Assembly: GCA_027053075.1 (NCBI GenBank)
Contig: JALUEE010000033.1
Location: 32,001-96,000, forward strand
Direction: 5' to 3'
Source: a candidate division WOR-3 bacterium
GTDB lineage: Bacteria; Hydrothermota; Hydrothermia; B15-G9; WFZT01
DNA length: 64,000 nucleotides
The translations under genes and the position numbers were made by a program. A model generated the notes under the pieces. The model was given only the letters and a program-made list of their open reading frames with translations, had not been told where the DNA came from and ran no database searches. Positions 32,801 through 39,562 of this stretch are shown in pieces; positions within the stretch are counted from its first letter, which is position 1, and every line of letters starts with the position of its first letter.

Positions 32801-33939
32801 GATAGCTCATTACCTCTCGTAATGGGATGCCAGAGTGATAGATAATTTGGATCAATGTAGAGATCCACATGTGCAAGACTTTGGCCGGTCACCGGTACAG
32901 GTATTAGGGGAAAATTCTGGTCTAAGGACAAATCAACATACCCATTATTTGCCCTCTGCCAGGGGGTCTGGTAAATAGTTGCACTGAAACCGAGTATTGA
33001 AATGTAGTCCGCTTCCCTGTGATAGATATCCTCCCTGACATACACGTGTGAAATTTCGAAATATCCGGTGTCATTATTGGTAGCCAGTGGATCGACATTT
33101 ATATGTAAAAAGACCGTGTCGCCACGATGCATCCAAAAGAACTGGTCGTGGTTTTGATGATATGTAGGATCGAGTGAAAAGGGCCAGGTAGGATCAATCT
33201 TTGCGTAAATCACACCATTTTGAAGCTTGTAGCCAATTCTTACACCCAAATCGAGGATATTGATGAGCCCGAGAAGCTCAGATTGGGCACTCTTGGGAAC
33301 AGGATTGCCATGCTGGTCCCTTATGGTTTTACCTCCAGCAAACATGTCAGCTCCGACCGACGCGACATTGATCTCGTCTTCACCCCAAAGTGATTCGCCA
33401 TACATGGGAAGAATCCCATTCTTCTTAACATTCAAACAAGCATCAATACCTATACCTACCGGCGTCTCCCACCATGATGTCCAAGTAGGAATCCCCCACC
33501 TAATTCTCAGGAATCTCTCCTCAAGCCCAATACCTGCCTGAAAACCATAGGCCGAATAAATTTCATACGAGCCTCCATAGTTTGGATCACCTGTATAGGC
33601 AGAATCTGTCTCAGCGACCACCTTGACTACAAAACTTCCCCCTGGCTGCACAGAGTCACTATCCCAGATGAATTTAAACTTGACACCGCCTTTCAAGTAA
33701 TATGGATTGGCCCCTGCTACGAGATTTATATTTAGCCTATGTTGATTGGTGGGCATCGTAGGATACCAGATCGCTGGAGTTGTGTAGTCTATATCCATTG
33801 GCACCCCTGCTTGAGGGTCAGAGTCGTAATAGACATCGCGTTTGTATTCAACAGTTTTTATTTCACCATAAAGCGGTAATTGAGTTATAAGAAACAAACC
33901 TACCCACAATAAAGGGAGACGGGATTTAAACATATCCAT
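26806..33939 (-). CDS. 2377-aa secreted protein: unknown N-terminal domain, CARDB-like and carboxypeptidase-regulatory-like domains, many Ig/FN3-like repeats, T9SS-type C-terminal domain
   Basis: Signal peptide; repeated DTTPP/DxAGN and Y.W.V motifs; C-terminal PNPAHN..YDAGGR..GVYFIKV..RKLIMLN. Confidence 0.85.
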   Translation of the reverse strand: MDMFKSRLPLLWVGLFLITQLPLYGEIKTVEYKRDVYYDSDPQAGVPMDIDYTTPAIWYPTMPTNQHRLNINLVAGANPYYLKGGVKFKFIWDSDSVQPGGSFVVKVVAETDSAYTGDPNYGGSYEIYSAYGFQAGIGLEERFLRIRWGIPTWTSWWETPVGIGIDACLNVKKNGILPMYGESLWGEDEINVASVGADMFAGGKTIRDQHGNPVPKSAQSELLGLINILDLGVRIGYKLQNGVIYAKIDPTWPFSLDPTYHQNHDQFFWMHRGDTVFLHINVDPLATNNDTGYFEISHVYVREDIYHREADYISILGFSATIYQTPWQRANNGYVDLSLDQNFPLIPVPVTGQSLAHVDLYIDPNYLSLWHPITRGNELSFLNQPEVGGRTGVGLKVRNKGNITSHGYVVKFIFPDSTYVEDRRGFVTIPPGGHDDIAWVGPQWIHEGNAQIKVIIIPDSTEHDPNPHNDTLIINVFVRKHRITTLIALIDQTTGDTITPADSMFGQVLAVAWGQGYAERAVPDTTFNYWDRWVAFIPHDAEVNITAIPDSNHRGLYANSTRYVDMDTVSTDPFWIYIPILGKSAVKGTVLDDHGNPAESTQVVLGTFFYAYTDSLGHYEIDNVPANAGISGSPYYVRFYKPGYRIDSIPVYLTNFDTLILNHTLTNIDSIPPVGTVNISNVITKNTVIYFTAMDTFTQFGDTLPPSQVIVRDNGSTWQTFDYGNGFDYSVNWTMHTRTYNNEIDTIWVRFSDLAGNVSDSIMKVVTVDQTGPIGTFSINNGDSSTLNPTISITDVTIESTLVPVKSITIYESGNRTVTYPYSSGSTYSYTLSGSSGNHLINVIFTDSLGVSPHYPVSSAILLDYYGKLTINDDSTFTNSSTVDLTINAIGILASNSTISESFGEYPLAQSFIPHSDRIGAFSICIDNADSGAKVGIYSDTVVDGEHSPYQPLFLDTLHEDVGGWLTIQLPTPISVDSDTVYFIAIFQDSLGEYQNNIHVAVGSDTNYTEGHLYYSPMKKGLYWYPCGYDMGFRVMGAPDSMRISNDPQFATGTGWIPYSSSYPNWNLLAGEGRRTVYAEVKTASQVRSYHDDIIVDTTPPDTGWVTLLNHAPFLETTECTLNIYAIDGGSGMSSYRINNSLYPFPITAPFTVIYNVDSGAVGPRTISVTFKDKAGNEYHPPAITIDYDPSGPSGNVYLGSGFEASETVSVYIDLDKYKNKTVTVDSMKFSTNMRDWTPWMPFDAETSYIFNRVGPVALYVKLLDNYGKTSILRGTCIIDTTPPFRPINVRDEGDLTPSHDSLSFSWTCYGDYESLLDSFVIKISGDPSVQNVLYRFNVPPNVRSYRVGPMNLRGDSTYYAKVVAYNKVGLSSESDPTDGIRIMNGISHFNLISPSDSSTFGTSDTINLIWHQATDILSSITGYHVFIDSQMVATVTDTIWQVDFNLQNGWHWWFVVAEDSLLDQRYSDTLHFYVGILNPPPVPQILAPLDTIFNYDTVRFVWSPGVKVFKAIESIARADEAPDKKTSVNYTLQIATDSFFNNVIDTLVTTDTTALMTLPEGHFYWHVRASNQAGTSDWSDPARFAVDTTKPSAPAIISPQNDTLYNDTVTVIWSSSSDNFGIRMYQLNYWGAASGMIEATDTTATLILTTGTFYFAITAFDSACNVAVSDTAWFVIRHILPVPELVLPHNDSMTNNLQNMQFVWRSGSKNFVKTEIVRLRKTLELRNKSNRFFNFQLSLNDSSFTSTFYDDTLADTTLTLNIPEGRLLWRVREVDYQGNSSQWTSPWMLVGDTTGPTSPNLISPPDEDTISGTIHFIWSSSTDTLAGLAGYRLLVADNDSMANPVVDTTLSDTTFTLTSLNYGDWYWMVESFDSVGNMSPSGIRIFHHYAPLPVPTLVSPIGNTWTRSPVTLRWQVSTKDTLSYIVEVMVNGYPLIRDTVSEDSAIVTLPTGSYTWHVRTLYGGRTSDWSLRDSFRVDNEPPTASILLYPGYGYYITSFPYQFSWMPSHDTLSGLAGYRFLIADNPDMMNPEIDTTMMDTTYMLTSIGNGEWYWQVRSYDSAGNVSFSEIAVFYVDTIPPEPVVLIFPEDSSISSDPYGVWFCWHPTEKLVKKDGNKQTFYELYLADSTDTTIFAEISDTSYYYETTLHEGWYTWWVKAYDDAGNWSSSDVWTFAIDVTPPVIESTTIWHDTSFMGPYEIRTRVFDENGLRAVRLFYAFGESPRIFDSLDMVLDTANFYHAFIPQVQDTTTVNYFIYAIDNAHDPNEAYDPEDSIYHFRVILVNVGESDIIPHRFDLSVAPNPAHNSAKLTFSIPKSEDVEIVVYDAGGRAIFKKIESFTPGIKTYELRGNLKEGVYFIKVKAQGKVLIRKLIMLN

Positions 33940-34026
33940 ACAACCCTCCTTCCACTTTCAAAGGAGGAGACATGAGGTGAATCCCCAAAGCCCCAACCTT
34001 GAAAGTGTTTTGTAGCCGTTTCCCGA

Positions 34027-34055
34027 ATTTTAAGACTCTCCATCTTCCTTGTCAA
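34027..34055 (-). promoter_or_regulatory. Near-consensus sigma70 promoter of the 2377-aa gene
   Basis: TTGACA-17-TAAAAT. Confidence 0.7.
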
Positions 34056-34177
34056 TATAAGTAAATGTTTTGGAGTAATTATTCACAATATTGTTAATGT
34101 CAAATTTAAATTTATTTCCGTTAGTCGGAAATCTAAACGTAGCTTATAATTAAGGCCAAACTGCGAGGAGGTTAAAA

Positions 34178-34684
34178 ATGGATAGACTCTGGGCACCATG
34201 GAGAATGAAATACATCCTTCAGGCTGACTTAAAGGGAGAAGGCTGCATTTTTTGCACAAAACCCGCTGAGAATAATGATGAGAAAAATTTTATTCTTTTT
34301 CGAGGAAGGCATGTTTTCGTTATCATTAATATCTTTCCCTACAATAGTGGCCACTTGATGATCGCACCCTACAGGCACGTTCCATCCATTGAGCACCTGA
34401 CTGAGGAAGAAGTCACCGAGCTTTTTACACTGAGTCAGGAAGTGGTTAAAATTCTCAGAAAAGTACTTGATCCTGACGGATTCAACATCGGGATGAATAT
34501 CGGGCGTGTGGCTGGTGCTGGCTTTGACCAGCACGTACATCTCCACATTGTGCCAAGATGGAACGGAGACACCAATTTCATGCCCGTTATTGCCGATGTA
34601 AAGGTGATTCCCGAAGCTATGGAAGATACCTACAAAAGGCTGAAACCCGAGTTTGATGAGCTCGAAAAAAGATGGAAAAAGTAA
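34178..34684 (+). CDS. HIT family hydrolase (Ap4A phosphorylase-like)
   Basis: LWAPWR, CIFC, PYNSGH, HVHLHIVPRW. Confidence 0.93.
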   Translation: MDRLWAPWRMKYILQADLKGEGCIFCTKPAENNDEKNFILFRGRHVFVIINIFPYNSGHLMIAPYRHVPSIEHLTEEEVTELFTLSQEVVKILRKVLDPDGFNIGMNIGRVAGAGFDQHVHLHIVPRWNGDTNFMPVIADVKVIPEAMEDTYKRLKPEFDELEKRWKK

Positions 34685-35838
34685 GAGTTAAGGGAAAATA
34701 CTACTTCGGTCATCCATGGATTTACAGCAAAAAAGTTGTTGAGACAGGAGATGCAAGGCCTGGAGATTCTGTTCTCGTTTACACAACAAGGGGTAAATTC
34801 GTAGGCTCGGCCCTCTTTAACCCCAATTCGACACTCGCTCTAAGAATTTACTCCAATAGTTACGTTGAGTTCGACTATCCTTTTATAAAAGAGCGGATTT
34901 TCAAAGCGAGGGAATACCGAGAATCTATCTACCCCGGCGCTTCGGCGTATCGTGTGGTCTTCGGTGAATCTGACTATCTACCCGGACTGATTGTTGATAA
35001 ATACAGAGACGGGTTGATCTTTCAAATTCTCTCCCTCGGAGTTGAAAAGAAAAAGCGAGAAGTGATTAATGCGCTTGTGGATGTATTTAATCCTGCGTTC
35101 ATCTATGAGAAAAACGATTCACTAAAACGCAACGATGAAGGGCTCCAGCCGATAAAAAGACTCGTTTACGGTGAGCTCTCCGGCCCTGTTGAAATAGAGG
35201 AAAACGGCATCAAGTTCCTCATAGATATTGAAAACGGGCAAAAAACTGGATTTTTCCTGGACCAGAGGGAAAATCGGGCAATTGTGAGAAAATACGCAAA
35301 TGGGGTTGAAAAAGCTCTTGACCTCTATAGCTATACAGGTGGGTTTACCCTTAACATGCTGCAGGTGGGGGCAGAGAGGGTGTTTGCCGTGGATCGCTCC
35401 TCCACGGCCATTAAACTCCTTGAAGAAAACGTCAAATTAAATGGTTTCGACCTCAACAGGGTAATCACATTTCATAAGGAAGTGGATGATTTTTTAAATG
35501 AGATGCTATTTTCACAGGAAAAATTTGACCTGATAATAGTGGACCCACCGGCCTTTACCCACAAAAGACGCTCAAAAGAGAACGCTATCAGAGGTTATAT
35601 TGGGCTTCATGATGGAGTCCTGAGGGTATTAAAACCCGGTGGGGTGGTATTCACATTTTCATGCTCACAATATGTAGGTGAAGAAGACCTGCTTGATAGC
35701 TTTTATCAGGCAGCAAGGAATCAGAGAAGGCAGTTTTATGTTTTAGAAAAGTTGATCCAGGCAAAGGACCATCCTATTTTAACGGGATTCCCTGAGAGTT
35801 TTTATCTCAAAGGGTTTGTTTTGAAAGAAGTGCTTTAA
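34672..35838 (+). CDS. RlmI-like class I SAM-dependent rRNA methyltransferase
   Basis: GHPWIY PUA domain, GQKTGFFLDQRENR, SYTGGF, DPPAF, FSCS, DHP. Confidence 0.88.
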   Translation: MEKVRVKGKYYFGHPWIYSKKVVETGDARPGDSVLVYTTRGKFVGSALFNPNSTLALRIYSNSYVEFDYPFIKERIFKAREYRESIYPGASAYRVVFGESDYLPGLIVDKYRDGLIFQILSLGVEKKKREVINALVDVFNPAFIYEKNDSLKRNDEGLQPIKRLVYGELSGPVEIEENGIKFLIDIENGQKTGFFLDQRENRAIVRKYANGVEKALDLYSYTGGFTLNMLQVGAERVFAVDRSSTAIKLLEENVKLNGFDLNRVITFHKEVDDFLNEMLFSQEKFDLIIVDPPAFTHKRRSKENAIRGYIGLHDGVLRVLKPGGVVFTFSCSQYVGEEDLLDSFYQAARNQRRQFYVLEKLIQAKDHPILTGFPESFYLKGFVLKEVL

Positions 35839-35849
35839 AGGAGGATGAC

Positions 35850-36758
35850 ATGAAAACAGCTTTTATGTTTCCCGGACAGGGTTCACAGTATGTGGGAATG
35901 GGTAAAAAACTTTACGATGAGTATCCAGAAGCGCGTAAGCTGATGGAAAGAGCAAATGAAATTCTCGGCTTTTCCATCACCAAACTGATGTTTGAGGGAC
36001 CCGAGAAAGAGCTTACAGAGACTAAAAACGCGCAGCCGGCATTGTACATAGCTGGTGCCGCAGCTTTTGAATTTCTGAAGAATGAAAAGGGTATGGGGCC
36101 GGATGTCACCCTTGGCCACAGTCTCGGCGAATTTACTGCCCTCTACGCTGCAGGTGTGTTTGACTTTGAAACGGGTCTAAAGGTTGTGAGAAAACGCGGT
36201 GAGCTGATGTCTGAGGCAGGAGCAAAATACCCCGGAACCATGGCAGCCGTGATAAGTAAGAAATCAATAGTGGAAATCGAGGAAATTCTTGAGAAGGTGA
36301 ACGGTGTGGTTGTGGTCGCGAATATCAATTCTCGCGAGCAAATTGTGATTTCAGGAGAAATCGAAGCGGTGAAAGAGACCATGAAACTACTAAAAGAAGC
36401 GGGAGCCAAAAGAGTCGTCCCCCTTCGAGTCTCTGCTGCTTTCCACAGCCCGCTGATGGAAGAGCCTGCCCGGGAATTCGCAGAATTTCTTGAGGGTGTT
36501 GAATTTAAAGAGCCTGAGGTACCGGTGATCCCAAACTTCACGGCAAAGGCCACAACAGATGTAAATGAGATCAAAAATGCACTGAAAGATCAGCTCACAG
36601 GAAGTGTGAGATGGGTCGAGTCTGTTGAAGAGGCCCACAGACTTGGAGTTGAAAGGTTCATCGAAGTAGGACCGGGAAAGGTTTTAAAAGGGCTGGTTTC
36701 ACGAATTTTAAGAAATGTGGAAGTCCTTAATTTCGAATCGCCAGGAGACATTGGATAA
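35850..36758 (+). CDS. fabD: Malonyl-CoA:ACP transacylase
   Basis: FPGQGSQ, GHSLGE, SAAFHS, EVGPGKVL. Confidence 0.96.
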   Translation: MKTAFMFPGQGSQYVGMGKKLYDEYPEARKLMERANEILGFSITKLMFEGPEKELTETKNAQPALYIAGAAAFEFLKNEKGMGPDVTLGHSLGEFTALYAAGVFDFETGLKVVRKRGELMSEAGAKYPGTMAAVISKKSIVEIEEILEKVNGVVVVANINSREQIVISGEIEAVKETMKLLKEAGAKRVVPLRVSAAFHSPLMEEPAREFAEFLEGVEFKEPEVPVIPNFTAKATTDVNEIKNALKDQLTGSVRWVESVEEAHRLGVERFIEVGPGKVLKGLVSRILRNVEVLNFESPGDIG

Positions 36759-36957
36759 TCAATATTAGAAAAGTTCTCCGGGGCAGTTTTCAATACTTCT
36801 GCTGAATTTGTGAAATGGCCTTGAGCTGAAGGAAATTTTCTGAAATCTCAAAAAATATGAACAACTTTAGATACCTCGAAAATCGCCTCTATATTGCTGG
36901 CAAATGGAGGGGGAACACTTTATAATAAATAAAATTTAAGTTTTTCTCTGAACTGTC

Positions 36958-37254
36958 ATGGAGGGAATGATTTATTCCGAATATCATAAGAAGATTGAGC
37001 ACTATACGAAGGCGCTGGGGCACATTACCAGGCTAAAAATCCTGAAATTTATCGCCAACGAATTCAAATCGGTAAATGAGATTGCAAAAGAGATGGGACT
37101 TTCACATTCGGTGTGCTCTGCACATTTAGGTGTGCTCTGGCGTGCAGGATTGGTTGATAAGAAAAGGGTGAAAAATTTCTCTTACTACAAGCTGAATCCA
37201 GAAAGGTTTCAGAAAATTCAGGAAGAGGTGCGTAGCTTCATCCTCGGGGAATAG
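36958..37254 (+). CDS. ArsR/SmtB-family transcriptional regulator
   Basis: KALGHITRLKIL..SVNEIA..S.HL..L..AGLV winged HTH. Confidence 0.85.
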   Translation: MEGMIYSEYHKKIEHYTKALGHITRLKILKFIANEFKSVNEIAKEMGLSHSVCSAHLGVLWRAGLVDKKRVKNFSYYKLNPERFQKIQEEVRSFILGE

Positions 37255-37462
37255 CAATCTCCTATTTTTAGTGACTTTGTCTATCTGACCGTAATTATCT
37301 CGTTCTTAGATTAGCACCGATGTTTCCTCTATCAGGAAAGTGGCAAGGTTATGGTAAAATCCCGATCACCAATAAACAGCATGTGTGATTGAGTGCATCT
37401 GGTATTTTCCCTGTGCAGACCTTTTCGATAGCCTGCACTTGTCCGGAAAAACCTTGGAAATT

Positions 37463-37498
37463 CCCCTCCTTCCTTTGGAAGGAGGGGGTAGGGGAGAA
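37463..37498 (-). repeat. Intergenic palindrome with pyrimidine arm
   Basis: + strand: CCCCTCCTTCC-ttt-GGAAGGAGGGG-gta-GGGGAGAA. Confidence 0.75.
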
Positions 37499-37642
37499 CG
37501 GAAAAACGTATGAATCTAAGTTTTGCCAAACATAATTTTCCCAATCTACCCTGGCCCTGGATTCCACAAGGAAGACTGAGGTGACATTTTCCAACGCGCT
37601 TCGGGGTCTTGACATGGAAGATTAAGGTAATTAGTAAATATA

Positions 37643-38021
37643 GGGGTGGTGGTTCGGGTGGTCGCCTCGCGATGACGCGGGGAGGAAAGTCCGAGCTCCA
37701 GAGGGCAGGGTGCTGGGTAATCCCCAGGGGCATCAGGGGAGACCCTGATGCTACGGATAGGGCCACAGAAACGAGACCGCCGAAGGCTTATGCCAGGCAA
37801 GGGTGAAACGGTGGGGTAAGAGCCCACCAGGCTCCAGGGTGACCTGGAGTGCTGGCAACCCCCACCCGGAGCAAGGCCAAACAGGGAGGGTACGGGAGTG
37901 GCCCGCTCCCATGAACTCCCGGGTAGGCCGCAGGGAGGTGTCGGGTAACCGGCACCCAAGACAAATGACCACCGCCCGCCTTACGGCGGGAACAGAACTC
38001 GGCTTATAGAACCACCACCCC
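37643..38021 (+). ncRNA. rnpB: RNase P RNA, bacterial type A
   Basis: GAGGAAAGTCCGAGC, GTGAAACGGTGGGGTAAGAGCCCACC, GAGCAAGGCCAAA, ACAGAACTCGGCTTA; P1 GGGGTGGTGGTTC/GAACCACCACCCC; TTGACA at 37609. Confidence 0.97.
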
Positions 38022-38036
38022 CTCCTTTTATCCCTT

Positions 38037-39335
38037 TCAAACGTCTTTTAGCTCACCCTTTAAAAAGGCGTCGTAAGCCGATAGATCAAAGTAACCGTGT
38101 CCCGATAGGTTGAAAGCAATGACAATCTCATCGTCCACTTCTTTTGCAATATCTATTGCAGCCTTAACTGCATGAGCAGATTCGGGAGCAGGCAGGATCC
38201 CTTCAGCCCTTGCAAATTCAATTGCTGCCTGAAATACCTCAGTCTGATGATAGGCACGAGCTTCGATCACACCATCCTTGTGCAATAGACTAACAAGCGG
38301 AGCCATTCCGTGATAGCGAAGACCACCAGCATGAATTGGAGGTGGCACAAATTCATACCCCAGTGTGAACATCTTCAATAGAGGTGTAAGTTTTGCCGTA
38401 TCACCGTAGTCGTAATCATATTTACCTTCTGTCAGAGTAGGACATGCCTTGGGCTCAACTGCCACTACCCTCAGGTCTTTCTTTTCACCCCTGAGCTTGT
38501 CTCCTATAAACGGAAAAGTGAATCCACCAAAGTTTGAACCTCCACCCACGCAGCCAACAAGCACGTCAGGATAGACACCAATTTTCTCAAACTGTTTCTT
38601 TGCCTCAAGTCCAATCACTGTTTGATGAAGGAGAACATGGTCAAGCACCGAGCCAAGAGAATAATTTGTATCCTTTGAATTAGCGGCCTCATAAACAGCT
38701 TCACTAATTGCGATTCCAAGACTGCCGGGGCTGTCCGGGTCCTGCTCAAGAATATGCCTTCCTGGAGGAGTTTCATCGCTTGGGCTTGGAATAATCTGAG
38801 CACCATAACTCTGAATGAGGATTCTTCTGCCGGGTTTTTGAATGTAACTGATCTTCACCATATAAACTTTTACGTCAATGTCGAATAGGGAGCCAGCAAA
38901 GGCAAGGGCGGAGCCCCATTGCCCAGCCCCTGTCTCTGTGGTTAGCCTTGTTACACCTTCCATTTTGTTGTAGTATGCCTGGGCCACTGCAGTGTTTGGC
39001 TTGTGACTGCCCGGAGGAGATGTGCCTTCATACTTGTAAAATATATGTGCCTTTAGTCCTAACCTTTCGCGCAGGTTAGCAGCATAAAATAAAGGGGTGG
39101 GTCTCCACATCTCGTACACTTTATAAACAGGCCCCGGTATCTCAATTGTGGCCTCGAGAGAGACTTCCTGCTCTATAAGCGATTCAGGAAAGATAGCACT
39201 CAGGTCCTCAGGCCTTATGGGCTCCCTCGTCTGAGGATTGAGCGGTGGCTCCGGGAGCCTCGGAAGATCACTTTTTATGTTGTACCATCTTTTAGGTACC
39301 TCTTCAAGATATACTTTTCTCGGGAAATTTGCCAT
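38037..39335 (-). CDS. trpB2: Stand-alone type II tryptophan synthase beta (TrpB2)
   Basis: [55 protein letters not shown]. Confidence 0.93.
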   Translation of the reverse strand: MANFPRKVYLEEVPKRWYNIKSDLPRLPEPPLNPQTREPIRPEDLSAIFPESLIEQEVSLEATIEIPGPVYKVYEMWRPTPLFYAANLRERLGLKAHIFYKYEGTSPPGSHKPNTAVAQAYYNKMEGVTRLTTETGAGQWGSALAFAGSLFDIDVKVYMVKISYIQKPGRRILIQSYGAQIIPSPSDETPPGRHILEQDPDSPGSLGIAISEAVYEAANSKDTNYSLGSVLDHVLLHQTVIGLEAKKQFEKIGVYPDVLVGCVGGGSNFGGFTFPFIGDKLRGEKKDLRVVAVEPKACPTLTEGKYDYDYGDTAKLTPLLKMFTLGYEFVPPPIHAGGLRYHGMAPLVSLLHKDGVIEARAYHQTEVFQAAIEFARAEGILPAPESAHAVKAAIDIAKEVDDEIVIAFNLSGHGYFDLSAYDAFLKGELKDV

Positions 39336-39399
39336 AGTACAACCTCCTTTTTGGGATTTTTATAAGGGGTATGAGTATGTTATCTGGGTAGAATTATTC

Positions 39400-39426
39400 G
39401 CATGGGGGTACTATTTGCCCCCATGC
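39400..39426 (-). promoter_or_regulatory. Attenuator-like hairpin covering the end of the leader ORF
   Basis: GCATGGGGG-caaatagta-CCCCCATGC, 9-bp stem, no U-tract. Confidence 0.65.
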
Positions 39427-39476
39427 CACCAGAAGGGCCATGCAAGGAAGGTATAAGAAAAAGTAGACCCAAACAT
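39411..39476 (-). CDS. Putative Trp-rich leader peptide MFGSTFSYTFLAWPFWWHGGK (21 aa)
   Basis: ATG 39476 to TAG 39411; three TGG codons, two in tandem; lies between a promoter and trpB2. Confidence 0.8.
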   Translation of the reverse strand: MFGSTFSYTFLAWPFWWHGGK

Positions 39477-39483
39477 TGGGTTT

Positions 39484-39513
39484 ATCATAATCCCCACCCT
39501 CCGGACCTGTCAA
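39484..39513 (-). promoter_or_regulatory. Promoter of leader peptide-trpB2
   Basis: TTGACA-18-TATGAT, 7 nt before the leader ATG. Confidence 0.7.
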
Positions 39514-39562
39514 ATAGACTTCATCAAAGGAACTTCATCCAATGTGGATTTCTTAAACCCCC

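Noticed and set aside
37332..38009. Several ORFs of 65-144 aa on both strands
   Set aside because: They are shadows of the GC-rich RNase P RNA and the adjacent palindrome, with no protein motifs.
39520..39531. 12-mer TTCATCAAAGGA shared with 25607-25618
   Set aside because: A single 12-nt match between intergenic regions is plausible by chance, and orientation relative to the genes differs.
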